A stretch of DNA of 64,000 nucleotides, from NCBI GenBank assembly GCA_965112735.1, contig OZ218955.1:1798001-1862000 (forward strand), in the 5' to 3' direction. Positions within the stretch are counted from its first letter, which is position 1. Every line of letters starts with the position of its first letter. Under the pieces are notes generated by a model. The model saw only the letters and a program-made list of their open reading frames with translations, searched no databases and was not told the DNA's origin. The position numbers were made by a program, and so were the translations under genes. This document shows, in pieces, positions 35,415 through 48,100 of this stretch. The DNA comes from Phaeosaccion multiseriatum (lineage: Eukaryota > Protista > Ochrophyta, other classes).

Positions 35415-38400
35415 ATGTTTCACGTCCAGCGCTTTGGGGTGTCCGGAGTAGAGGCGGAGCAAGGCGGTGGAAAGAGTAGCAGCGGCGGCAATGGAGGCCG
35501 AAGGACTGGTCGCAAGAGACCGCGATGGAGCCAAGGAGCAGTGGAGGGCGGGAGTAGCGGCGACGATGGCGAGGTAGATGGAGGGGAGAAGGAGGAGGAT
35601 GAAGACGGGCCCAACGAGATTTTGAAAAAGCTGCTGCAGAAGGCGAAGGCCAAGGCGGGCAGGGCGAGGGGAGAGGTCGAGGCCAGCCAGCAGTCGAGAG
35701 GGGAAGAGGTGAGTTTAGAGAGAAAGAAAAGTAGAAGTAATAGCAGTGGTAGTAGTACGAGCAGCAGCAGCGGCAGCAACAGCAGCAACAGCAGCAGTAG
35801 CAGCAGTAATAGTGGTAGTAATAGTGACAGTGAAGAGGACGACGACGACGACGACGACGAGGCAGAGGGTGCGAGGAGCAAGGCTGATGGCAAGAAGCAC
35901 AGGCGAACCGAGACGGAGAACAAATTGACGGGCGGAAAAGCTGCACCACCCCGGCAAGCAGCAGGAAAGACGCCACAACTGAAAGGAAGGGAACCAAGCT
36001 CCTCTTCTTCCTCGGCTGCTCGGGATACGGGGCCTACGGAAGATGGCAAGGCGCGAAAGTCGAGGAGAGGAGGCACCAGCAACAAGGAGGAGGAGGAGAA
36101 GGAGGAGGAGGAGGAGGAGGACGAGGACGAGGAGGAGGATGGTGACAGCTCCTCCTCCGCTTCTTTTTCTTCCGAGGAGGAGGAGGAGGAGGAGGAGGAG
36201 GATGCTGAGGTGGCGAAGGTGGGGGCGGGGGCCAAGTCCAGCAGCAAAGGATTCAAGAAGATCAGCAAGGGCGACCAGGAAGGAGGGAGTGGCAACGACA
36301 CAGAGGAAAGCCAAGACCAAGACGACAAGGCCGGAACGAGGCCCGTGAATGAGGTGGCCAAGGAGTGGGGCCTCGCACCCCGGCTCACCGAGACGCTAAA
36401 GGAGCAAGGCGTAGAGGTGTTCTTCCCCATCCAGCTGCAAGTGGTGCCGGACATTTGCTCCACGCAGCGCCACCCCCTGGTGCAGACTCGCGACGTGTGC
36501 GTGTCGGCACCCACGGGCAGCGGCAAGACGCTAGTGTACGTGCTGGGCACTTTGCAGGCTCTGCTGCAGAGGAAGGTGACGCGTCTGCGAGCCCTGGTGA
36601 TGCTACCAACGCGTGACTTGGCCATGCAGGTGAGAGGGGGTTAGGTCAGAGACGGCTCATTTCACAAGAGGTGGAGGGTACTCCTCTGGGAAACGACGGA
36701 GGCCTCTTTTCTCTCTCGCTTTTTATGCGTCCCTTCTTTCCTTCCTCTTGCCCACCTATGTCTTGTCCAACGAATGCGCCACACACACACATATATATTA
36801 GGTGCACAGTGTGTTCCAGACGTACTGCAAAGGCACGGGCCTCACCGCAGGGCTCGCTATTGGCCAAACGGACTTTGCCGAGGAGCAGTTGCGTCTCGTG
36901 GGGCCCTGTGCCCTCATTGGCAACCCTGTGGCGGCCTCCAAGTACGGCACATGGCAGTGGATGGGGCCGGGGGCAGGCAGCAGTGGTATGGCGGGCTCGG
37001 ACGAGGCGAGCGAGCAGTGGCGCTTCGGCCAGGGTCAGGCGCCAAGCGGAGGCGTGAGTCGCGTGGATGTTCTCGTGGCCACACCGGGGCGGCTGCTGGA
37101 CCACCTCAAGCAGACGCCGGGCTTCACGCTGCAGCACCTGCAGTTCCTCGTCATTGACGAGGCGGACAGACTGCTCACGCAGAGCTATCAGGAGTGGGTG
37201 AGTGTAGTGCGTGTGTGTGTGTGGGAGGGGGGGTGGGTGGGCGTGGGGGGGTGGCTGGGTGAGTGGATATGTGGATGTGTGGATGTGTGGTAAGGTGTGG
37301 GAGGGTGGGTGGGTGGCAGTGGGGGCGGGTGGGTGAATTGGGGCAAAGTCCTGTCAAAGTTGGTCAAAGTCAAATCTGAAGTGTCAAAGGTGGTCAAAGC
37401 GGGTCAAACCGGGGATCAAACAGGGCTTCAAACGTGGTAAAACGTGGCCAAAGGCAAAGTCAAGTGGCGTGGAAGAAGGGAGGGCTGTCAAAGCGCCACG
37501 CAACCGCGAATCGCGGTACAAAGGCGCAGACCTCTCTTTCTTGGGATTTGGGGGTGTGCAAGTACAGCCCACCCAATGACCTAAGGCCACCACCTACCTA
37601 CCTACCTACCTACCTACCTACCTACCTACCTACCTACCTACCTACCGACCTACCGACCTACCGACCTACCTACTACGGTGCCCCACAGGTCGGAGAGGTG
37701 ATAAAGGCTGCGTACAGAGAAGGGGGCTCACCACCGCCATCCTCCCCAGCATCAGAAGCTAGCCCCAGCCCCACAGCAAGCAGCAGGAGGAGCTACTTGA
37801 ACCCCTTTGACTTTGTGGGCCAAGCCACGACCAACCGAGGCCGCCCCCTGGCCGCCGCAACGGCCGCCCTGAGCAGCTCTCCCCGCTCGGCGCTGGTGTC
37901 CAGTCTGCCGCTGCGCAAGCTTCTCTTCTCAGCGACACTCACGCGCAACCCGCAGAAGCTCTCTTCACTGGAGCTTGTGAACCCCATGTTTTACTCCGCT
38001 GTAGACAGCAGCAGTCGCCAGCAAGGTTGGGTGGACGCGAGCTCCGGCGGCACGCAACGGCCCAATCAGCAGACGAGTCGCGTCATGCTGGATGCTATGG
38101 ACGACGAGCCTTCCACCGCCGCTCAGATGCTGTGCCTGCCTGCCACTCTAAGGGAGCTCACGTCCATGTGTGACTCCCGCTCCAAGCCGCTGGTGCTGCT
38201 CTGCCTGCTACAGGACTATGCCAAGGACAAGCTGGCGGTGGTCTTTACCAACTCAGTGGACTCCACGCACCGCCTCTTCCGCCTGCTGCAGCTCTGGGGG
38301 GGCTTTATGGAGGAGGAGCAGGAGGACAGCAACAAGGACGACGACGACGACGACGACGACACCACCATCACCGACGGAGGCGTGGCAGAGTTCTCCAGCT

Positions 38401-39257
38401 CCCTCTCTCAGCGGCAGAGGTCTGTGCTGGTGCAGAGGGCTAAGTCCGGCCTGCTGAGAGTCATTGTGAGCTCCGACGGCATGGCCAGAGGCATGGATCT
38501 GCCCAACGTGGCGTGCGTCATCAACTACGAGGCGCCGCTAAATCACGCCAAGGTGGGTGTGGGGGTGTGGGCAGGGAGGGAGGGGAGGGCGGAGTAAGTA
38601 GGGTATGTGTGTGCATTATGCTCAGGACATCCTCTTGCTCCCCTCCTCCCCCAGACGTACGTTCATCGAGTGGGGCGCACGGCGCGGGCGGGCAAGAGTG
38701 GTGTCGCACTTACCCTAATCAAGAAGGGACAGGTGAGAGAGAGGGGATGTTGGATGGAGGAGATGTGGCTGAAGCACCGCAAGGATTAGCGTGGGTGTGG
38801 AGTACAGAGGAACAGCCAGCCCCTTTTTTGGGTTGCAAGTAAAGCCGCTATAGCTCTTGTGCTCTTTTGCGCCCCATCGTAATGGGGGGGCAAGTAACTC
38901 GAGGAGAAGTGTGGCTGAAGCACCGCAAGGGGTTGAGCAGGTGTGGAGTACAGAGGATGCAGCTAGCTTTTGTCTTCGCTTGGCACCTGCAGTAGCGTTA
39001 TCAACGAGCTAACTGTCTACGATATATGCCTGAACGCCACCCACCCCCCTCAGGAGAGCAACTTTCGGCGCATGCGCGAGCAAGTGCAGGGCGGGAGGAA
39101 TGTGCGACCCGCCCACGCCCCTGTGCCGGAGCCTGCTCGGCTGGAGGGGCTCGCTACCCGCTTCAAGCAGTGCCTGGGAGAGCTGCGCCAGGTGATGGAT
39201 GCGGAGAGTAGCGGCCAGCTGCCTCGCACTGCACCAGTAGACCCCCTGCCTCGGTGA
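35415..39257 (+). CDS. DDX51: DEAD-box RNA helicase DDX51/Dbp6
   Basis: MFHVQRF start, long acidic/Ser N-terminus, Q motif FPIQ, motif [60 protein letters not shown]; 5 exons. Confidence 0.93.
37342..37463. repeat. Degenerate ~10-bp-period GGTCAAA array in DDX51 intron 2
   Basis: About 11 copies of a (G)TCAAA-like core, e.g. tgtcaaagt tggtcaaagt...gtgtcaaagg tggtcaaagc gggtcaaacc. Confidence 0.8.
37592..37670. repeat. (CCTA)n microsatellite at the 3' end of DDX51 intron 2
   Basis: Tandem ccta/ccga run directly upstream of the acceptor. Confidence 0.9.
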
Positions 39258-39375
39258 AATAATGAAATAATAAAGAGTTTTCACACCAGAACTTTGTGTA
39301 GATGTATGACGCTGCTGTGTGGGTGTGGGGTGAAGACCTCGCCCTGCGCCGATGCACAGCCTCCTTCAGAGCAAC

Positions 39376-39383
39376 AAAAAAAA
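39376..39383 (-). terminator. RNA polymerase III terminator (T8) of the tRNA
   Basis: Eight A on the + strand, 3 nt beyond the tRNA discriminator base. Confidence 0.85.
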
Positions 39384-39386
39384 GTC

Positions 39387-39459
39387 AGGCCCCAGAGGGA
39401 CTTGAACCCCCGATTACCAGGTTTGGAATCTGGGGCCTTACCAACTAGACTATGGGACC
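39387..39459 (-). tRNA. tRNA with CCA anticodon (tRNA-Trp by anticodon; atypical body)
   Basis: GGTCCCA TA GTCT AGTTGGTA AGGC C CCAGA TTCCAAA CCTGG TAATC GGGGG TTCAAGT CCCTC TGGGGCC T: a 73-nt cloverleaf with A and B boxes and no intron. Confidence 0.88.
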
Positions 39460-39626
39460 GACATATCAACTGACCATGTTCAGTTGCGACGTCGTCCGAG
39501 AAAAATCAGTATTTAAATGCTGTTGGTCCGCCACAGAAGATGCGAGGGAGCAGGCTTTCTGTGAACCTCGCGGAGCACCAGGACGCCAAGCAGGGCCCCC
39601 AGCCTAGCCCCGGCTCCTCCAGAAAC

Positions 39627-41185
39627 ATGCAGCTTTCGGCGGCAGTAACGCTGTGCAGTGGCCTGCTGGCCGTGCTCTGTAGTGTCACTCTTCCCGGTAG
39701 CACCTTGGCCTTCGCTCCTCCATTGGTGCTGCGGCCGGCCCCCCGCGTTCTACGAGCAAGCAGGAGGAGTAGACAGGCAATAGAGGGAGCCTTGGTGCTG
39801 CAGTCGTCCAGGGGGGGGGGGGGGGACTTGGCGGACCTTCAGCTGGACGAGAAGGACCTGGATGTCGGCGAAAAGGCTCGGCTAGAGTCGGTGAGTCGAG
39901 GGGAGTCTTTAGTGGTAGGATTGAGGTGGAGGGAGAGGGGGGGATAGGGAGGAGGGCAGAGTGGGATGCGGTGGCATAGGTTTGCGGGGAGTGCGTGGGA
40001 GGAGCTGGAGATGGTCGCCCTGTTGGCTGCTGGAAGAGAGGGCCATGACGCATCAACCTCACCCCCCCCACGCCCCAATGCCCCCCTTTGCGTTTGTTAG
40101 TTGAGGTCCATCTCCACGTCTCTGAACGAGGTCGACGAGATAGCCAAGCGATTGGGCTATGAAGAAAACGACGACGACGAAGAAGAGGACGAGGTTGACC
40201 TGGAAATCGAAGACACCCAATGGAGCGGGCAGGTGGGTGGGTGTGTGGGTCAGTCAGTCTGCTTTGCCCTTTTTCTTCCTCTTGTTTGTCTCTCCGCCCT
40301 CGCTCGTACCCCAGCCTTTTTATGCGTGTGTACCTTCTTCTCATGAGAGGACAGGTGATTTAAAGGACCGCTGCTATATTGTTTCTCCCATGCCCGCCTC
40401 TGAAACTTCCGCAGGCGGGTTTGGATGTAACTCGAACCGGCGAGTCCAGCTGGGTGGACCTCAACTACCGAAAGGGGCTCGCCCTCGGAGATTTCTTGGC
40501 AATCTCGCTCTTCGCGTACATTGGGCGGACCTCTCACGGAGGTGGGGGGGGGGTGCTGGACATACAGCTGCTCAAGACAGCCTTGCCCTTCCTGGGAGGC
40601 TGGTTCGCACTGGCACCCGTACTGGGGGCCTACACCAATGACGCCACGGCCACGCAGGTGAGACAAAGAGCGTCAGAGAGAGAAAGGGAGAGAGAGAGAG
40701 AGAGGGAGAGAGAGAGAGAGGGAAGGGGAGGGACGGTTTGATTGTATGTTCGACCACGCAGGCATTGCCTGTTGTGATCTGGTCTGGTCTTCGTCGTTGA
40801 GGCTTTTTGGTGCCTCCTCCACCTACCTCTACCATTTGTGAGCTGAGCTGGACTACGCACCTTGCCACACACACACGCATATGGTCTCCCTCTTCTCTCT
40901 CCCCCATATCCCCGCACCCCCTCCTCTCCACAGGGTGACATGGCCAAGACCCTCGCCAAGTCGTGGGCTCTGTCCATACCCGTCGGCATTGCCATTCGTG
41001 CCGCAGCCAAGGGAGAGGTACCGCCGCTACCCTTTGTGGGTGTGACCATGCTCTCTACCCTGCTCATCCTGGGCGCGTGGAGGGCACTGTACGTGGCCGT
41101 CAACCCCACCAGCACGGCCGAGTTCAAGAAGGGAGGGGTGCTCGATGGTTTCCGCATGATCACCACCCTGCTCGGCCGCTGGTGA
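39627..41185 (+). CDS. DUF3054-family membrane protein with bipartite plastid-targeting presequence
   Basis: Four exons. Signal peptide ending TLA-FAP, then GDFLAISLFAYIGRTSHG, KTALPFLGGWF, KSWALSIPVGIAIR, and C-terminal GGVLDGFRMITTLLGRW. Confidence 0.85.
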
Positions 41186-41790
41186 GGGACCGTGTGATCA
41201 CCACCCTGCTCGGCTTCTGGTGAGGGGCCGTGTGGGGGTGGAAGGGAAGCAGCTCTGTGGGTGGTGGTTGCAGGAGACTGTTGGCTGACTCAGGCAGCAC
41301 GGGTGATGGAAGAACTGAGAGTTATGGGGAGGGACCGGTCGGATCGGATCGGCCTCTTGTCAATGTACAAGTATGAACCACAGAGAGAGGAGGGGGACAC
41401 ACATTTGTGCACCGCAATCAGTATGCATATATTCGCGAGTATTCTTTTTTATAAAATTGAAAGTACCATGTAGTGAAAGTTCCTTCCCCTGTTGTCTCGC
41501 CCAATGATGTACTAATGATTGATACACGCCGGGTACATGGCAATCCCGAGCCCCGAAAAAAGAGTGCCAGTAACGGTATATACCTCGAACACCACCTCCC
41601 GTCGTAAGAATGCGTGTGCGTGTGTGTCGGTTTTCCACACGTGCGTCTCACACTTGTGTGGAGTCCGACGAAACAAAGGAGGTACCCTCTTCCTTCCCGA
41701 CCCCCCCCCCACCCCCCCTCCCACCCCCCTTCTCCTGCCCCGCTCGCCGGCCACTCCATCAGTAGTCGTAGCCCTCGCCCTCATCATCCA

Positions 41791-42131
41791 TCAGTAGTCG
41801 TAGTCCTCACTATCATCGCTATGGCCGTTCATCACAAAATTCATCATGGATTGCAGCAGCTCCTGGTGGGTCATGCCTCCCGCCCCTCCTCCTCCTCCTC
41901 CTCCTCCTCCTCCTCCTCCGGCCGGACGGTGGGCAGCTCCTCCCAAGCCGTGGCCGCGCGTCCTCTCTCTGGCTCTGATCCTCTCCCTCTCCCTCTCATC
42001 CCGCCTGCGCTGGGCACTGGAGATCCTGGGTGGGGCCGGAGGCTCGTCCGCCACCCCAAAGAGCTTGTTGTACTCGTCGATGCGCAGCTCCTTCTTGTCG
42101 CCCGAGAGGCATCCCGCCACTGCCACATTCG

Positions 42132-42166
<35 letters not shown>

Positions 42167-45100
42167 CAATACACGCATGTATGTGAGAAGCCCGAGACAG
42201 AGAGCAAGGGGCGGGGGTACTGGCTGATTCGCAATCCCTCGCCATTCCGTAGTACCTGTTGCGGCTTCCCCTGCTGCCTGCGTCTTCTGCAGGGCTACAA
42301 GCCTGGACTCGATGCTGTCCTTCATAACGAGCTTCGTCACCTTGACCTGACAAGCCAAGGGGGGAGCAAAGAGAGCAAGCAGGCACAAAGTATATCAGGG
42401 AAGGAAGGCAGCGGTAGGTGCCATACTTCGCACCCCTTTCCATCTCCCTCCCCCCCTCCGCTCCGTCTTTCTACACGATTTCCCTCCCCATCTCCCTCTC
42501 CCTCCGCTCCGCCTTGCTTTGCATTGCAAGCCATCTCCCTCCCCATCTCTCTCTCCCTCTCCTTCCCTCCCTCAATCCCCCTCTCCCTCCCCTCCCTCCC
42601 TCCCATCCTCACCGGTCTGGTCTGCCCTAAGCGATGCACCCTCCCGATGGCCTGCAGCTCCAGAGCGATGTTGACGCAGGGCTCCAGCATAAACACGTTG
42701 TTGGCCTGCGTGAGGTTAATGCCCACAGCACCGGAGCGCACGCTCAGCAGGAAGATGGTCGTGGGAGGGTCCTAACATGGAGGGGAAACAAGGGGGGGTG
42801 GGGTGGAATGAGTTGGGGTGAGGTGGGTCCTTTGACCACACATGTGCACGCACGCGACGTCGCACACACACACGCACATACACATGCACACACGCACGCA
42901 CAGACACGCACGCACACACGCACGTACACACACGCACACACGTACACACATACATACACACGCACGCACGCACATACCTCAGCGAACTCCTTGAGCGCCT
43001 TCGTCCGCTGCGGTCTGGTCATGCTACCGCTCAGAGTGCGGAACTGGAAACCGTTCTTCGGCAGCTGCACCTGCAGCCAGGCCAGCGTCGACGAGAACTG
43101 ACTGAACACCAGCGACTGAAGGAGGAGGGAGAGAGGTAGTGCAAAGAGAGAGGGATGTGTGTGTGAGAGAGAGAGAGAGACTGAGGCAGGAAAGAGAAGG
43201 AGAGAGAAGAAAAGAAAAAGAGGCGAAGGAGTACGACGAAATTTTGAGCAGTCTGCTGTCTGCTATTGTTCACGCGCACACACACACACACACACACCGC
43301 ACCATACCGACATCCCACATTACACCACGCCAGTTGGTGATACAACACACAACCGCACCTTGGACGTGGGGTCCTTGGCCTTGATGTCCTGCAGCATCTT
43401 GATGAGTACACCAAGCTTGCCCTCCATCACGGCCTCCTCCTGGGGCTGACCCGGCTGCGCTGCCTTGGTCATGACCTTGGCTGCTGCTGCTGCTGCTGCT
43501 GTTGCTGCTGCTCTTGCTGCTGTTGCTAGTCCTGCTGCTCCTGCTGCCACTTCTCCCGCTGCTCCTGCTGCCCCTGCTGTTGCTCCTGCTGCTCCTGCCT
43601 CGTCCGCCTTCTTCTCCTGCTCGTCGGCCACCAGTTCGGCCTTCACGGCGCCCAGATCCTGCGGTGATGACGAGGGGAGAGGAGAGAAGAGGAGATGGAG
43701 AGACGAGAGAGCGAGAGGCAATAGAGGGAAGGAGGAGGCAACAGAAAGATTGAGCAAGCGACTCGAACATTCATTGCACATTAGCACGTCGGTGGAGAGA
43801 GCACCGCAGAAGATCTCCTCCTCTCTCCCCGCTCTCTCTCCCTCTCTTCTCTCTGTGCGACAACATGCCAAAGCTGTGCAACGACAACACCCCCCCCCCC
43901 CCCCCCCAACCCTACACGTACCTTGAGGTCAGCCATGTCGAGCTTCTTCTTGCAGCCGGTCACCGGACACGCCCCCGCCTTGCCCTCCTCCACATTCCCC
44001 AGCAGGCCCGTGATGCACTGGTGGCAAAAGGTGTGGCCACAGGGCGTCTGTGTGGGCGCCTCCACAATCTCCGAGCAGATGGGACAGAAGGCGTCTGTGG
44101 CAACGTCCTCGAATCCTGCCGCCCCTCCCCCGCTGTGCACAATCTGCCCACCCGAGCACGCCTGCCGCAGCTTCTTGAGCAGCACTTGGATCTGTGTGTG
44201 TTCGTTGTGTGTCCGTGGGCGTATGTCATTTGTTGTATTAGAGGGACTTGTCCACGGCCATACATCACATTATGCGAGAAGACTACAAGTACGAGTAAAC
44301 TTTGCGCTCCTCCAAGCTACCTTGCCTCCCCTTAGCCACCCCGCCCACCCCTTACCTTCATGCTGTGGCTGCCCTTGGCCGTCCGAAGCAAGTAGCGCAC
44401 TCCCTTGTACTCCTCCTGCACGCCCTTCTCAAAGGCAGCGTACACCTTCTTCTCCTTGTCGCTCACCGTCACCTCCAGCACCTCGCGAGAGCACTCTGGC
44501 AGCCCCAGGATGTGCTTGCCGTCGCACTTCTGCTTCTGTGAGTGCCGAATCAGGACCCTCGACATGATTGCGCTCACCCCCGGGAAGTGCACCTGACTTG
44601 GGTGGTGCTGCCCCAGACAGGACTCTCTCATGCATCGCATCCCAAGGAATTGGAACTGGCGAGCGAGGGAGGGAGGGAGGGAGGGAGGGAGGGAGAGAGA
44701 GATGGGTACGTAGTGAGAAAACAGAGAGAGGCAGAGAGGGAGAAAGACAGGGGGGCGGGGAGGAGGGGGTCAGCGTCGAGCAAAGCGTTGCGCAGCATCA
44801 CTTTCTACTGCTTCTACTGCTACTGTACTACCCCATCCACACAACCACCCCACGTTCCACTGCCATCCATTGCTATCCCTACCCCACCCTCACCTGTCCG
44901 TCAATGTCCCCGAATGATGTGTTGAAGGGTGTCCCCGTGACGTTCCATCTCCGCCCACCAATGAGCATCTTGACCGCAATGGCGGACTGTGTGGACTTGG
45001 TGCGGATGCTGTGGCTCTCGTCCAGGACGATGCGCCAGAAGTTGATGGCCATCAGAGGCGGCAGGCCCTTGGCTGCGCGGACTGCGTATATTTCAAAAAG

Positions 45101-48100
45101 GTGGGGTGGGGGTGGGGCAAGATGAGACGAATGGGAATGGGGAATGTGAGGTGGTGAGAGGGAGGGCTGTTTGAGTAAAGTGTGTTTCAGCCCCTCCTTT
45201 CCCCCGGTACTGTTCGAGCGCATCCCTCATCCACCCACCCACTCACCCACGCACCAACCAACCTCCTTACTCCCTTCCTCCCTCCCTTCCTCCCTCACTC
45301 ACCCGAGGCGGCCTTCTTTCCTGCCGCTGCGTTCTTCTTGGCTGCTAAGGAGCTTTGTGCCGTCATCCTGCTCATGTCCGACTGCACAACTCAAGTTCGT
45401 GGGTACGCAAAAGCAGATGAAGGGGAAATGTAAGACATACATTCACAAGGTGTGTGCACCCACCTCACCCACCTACGCACGCACGAACGTACGCACGCAC
45501 GCACCGACTCCACGCACCGACCCACCCACCCCACGCACCCACCCAACCAACCATCCATCCACCCAACTCACCTGCACAATGCCGTAGGTGGTGACGACAA
45601 GGTCGTAATTGGCAAGCTTCTTGGGGTCCCTTGTCCTGCCTCCGCCGTGGTACGGGTAGATGGAGAGCGTGTCGCCGCACAGCCGCTTGGCTTCTTCGAC
45701 CCACTGCCCTACGAGAGACACGTGGCACACGACGAGGGTTCCCCTACTCATCACCTTGGCGACCTTGGGTTGCTGGTCCGCGGGGATGGGCGTGAAGAAA
45801 GACTGGTGTGGTGTGATGTTGATGTGGTGTGGTGTTGGTGTGGGGTGGGGTGGGGTGGTGGTGATGTGGTGCGTGTTTGTGTGGTGTGGTGTGGTGTGGT
45901 GTGGTGTGGTGGTGGTGTTATGTACAAGCGAGAAGGCCGGACAAGAGAGGAGCAGTAGCGGAGAAGCACTTTCAGTTTGAGAGTCAGGGGGGAGGCGGTC
46001 AGAGAAAAGGGCGGAGGGGCGGGGAAGCACGACCCTCTCCCTCCGTTGAGTGTCTGCTCTGCTCCTGACCCCAGCGACGGATGGCAGCCCACCTCCCCCC
46101 CCCCCCCCCCCCGGCCCTTTAACAATCATACCTTGGGCAGCTCCGGCCCCCAAGCTCTGGTCTCAGCGGTGTCCTCCGGGGCGGGGTTGAGTAAGTGCAC
46201 AGCGAGGGTGCTTGCTGTCTTGCCCAGGCCCATCTCATCACAGAGGAAGCCGCCCTTGATCTCCGAGGCCCAGGGGGGCTTGTAACTGAACTTGTTGAGG
46301 ATGGGGGAGAACCACAGCCCCTGACAGCCGGCGGGCAGGTTGAGGGAGATGTCTTCGGGCTTAATCTCCGCCCAGAGGTGCTGCGGTGTATGTATATGCG
46401 TGTGGGGGTTGGACGGGGGGAGGGGGAGAGGGACGGGGGGGGAGGGGAAAGAAGGGTGAACAACAAACAACCAACGTCAGCCAAGCAGGAGAACAACACG
46501 ATCAGGAGCAGGAGAGTTTCTGACCCGCTACCCTCCCCCTCTACGCCTCTCGAACCGTCAGCACACCTCCCATACGCCTCCATGATCGAACTTTCTCACC
46601 CACTCACCCACCCCACTCCACCCCACCCACTCACCCACCCCATCCACTGCCACCCACCCACCCACGGGCTTACTGATCCATGCCCACACGCTGACGTACT
46701 CACCTGGTTGATGCCCTTGGGCAGCCCCTCCTGGTCGAGCATGAACTGCACGCACTGCATCTGGTGCTCGTATAGCGTCACCACGAGTTCTTCTGGCTGC
46801 TTTTCGAGGGTCTTGTGGCCCAGCGACTCGTAGTACTGCATGGCTTCGCGGATGGAGCGAGGGAAGAGCCCCTTCTTGTTGAGGGCTTTGAAGGCCCGGC
46901 CCTGTTTGTGTTGTGTTGTGTTGTGTTGTGTGGTGACGTACACAATCAAGGGTATGTGAGTATGTGCGCGCATGTGGGAGCAGGGATGAAATACAAGGCG
47001 AGCAAGCGAACACACAAACACACAGACGCCCCCCCCGTGCCTTCTCTCCTCTCGGCCGCCAACCCCGCCCGCCCACTGCGCTCACGTCCTCTCCTCACGC
47101 ACACGGCTCACACGAACCTGCTGCCTGAGAGTGGTAAAGAGGCCCTTGATGCTAACGTCCATGCTGTGCTTTACTCCGTAGCTCGCCTTGGAGGGCTCAA
47201 AGGTCTTGCCACCCGCCACGGCCTCCTTGTTATACTTTGCCAGGGCCTCCTCCTCGTCCTCCTTGTCGGTCACATCATCGTCATCACTTGCACCCGAGGA
47301 GGAGGAGGAGGAGGAGGAGGAAGCTCCGCCACTGCCACTGCCACTGCTGCTGCCACCGCTGTTGCCACCGCTACTACTGGCACCTCCATCCTTGGCACCT
47401 CCCTCCTTGGCACCGGTTTTGGGCAGGCCGTGCTTGAGGACCCCTCTTCGGCCGTACATGATTCGCTCAAGGACGAGCCTGAAGTCGGGAGTCGAGTTGT
47501 TGTACGAGAAAGTGGTAGGCGCCACGTCTGCCACCTCGGGACAGACCATCCCCTGGGGACATGAGGGAGCGGCAGGAGGAGGAGGAGGAGGAGGAGCAGC
47601 AGCAGCAGCAGGAGGAGGAAGAGGGACTCGACTCGTGAAGGAGAAGGAAGGAAGAAAGGAAGAACACAACACCGGCACCCACCCTCTACAGGTGGGTTCC
47701 CTCTCTCCCTCCTACTGCCTGGTACTGTCTGCTTCTGCCAGCCTTTTCAACCCCTTTTCTCACCCACCCACCTTGGGCGTAAGCAGCAGCTCCAAGTCCA
47801 TCCTGCCCGTGTTCGTGTCCTTGTCGTAGCACATGCGGTAGCGTGCCTCCACCAGCCGCTGCTGCTCAGCGATGACCACGTTCTTGACGAAGCTGCGGTC
47901 AGAGGAGCGCGTCATGTAGAAGCCCTCGGCAAAGCCGCCCAGAGCGCTGTGCGTGAGTGAGGGAAAGAGAGAGAGAGAGGGAGGGAGGGAGGTGTGAAGG
48001 GAGGTGTGGAGAGAGGCATATGGGCAGGGGGGGAGAGAGGGTTGAGGCGCTGAGGGTTGGCGAAGCCCCCAGCGGTTTTCATACACAAGCGCACACTTCT

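Noticed and set aside
35420-36625. 401-aa antisense ORF over DDX51 exon 1 (likewise 54397-55842 and 4903-6012)
   Set aside because: Mirror-frame ORFs of low-complexity coding sequence with no recognisable domain.
44594-44893. Apparent deletion in the SNF2 domain after motif III
   Set aside because: An upstream acceptor near 44656 restores FQFLGMRCMRESCLGQHHPSQ in frame.
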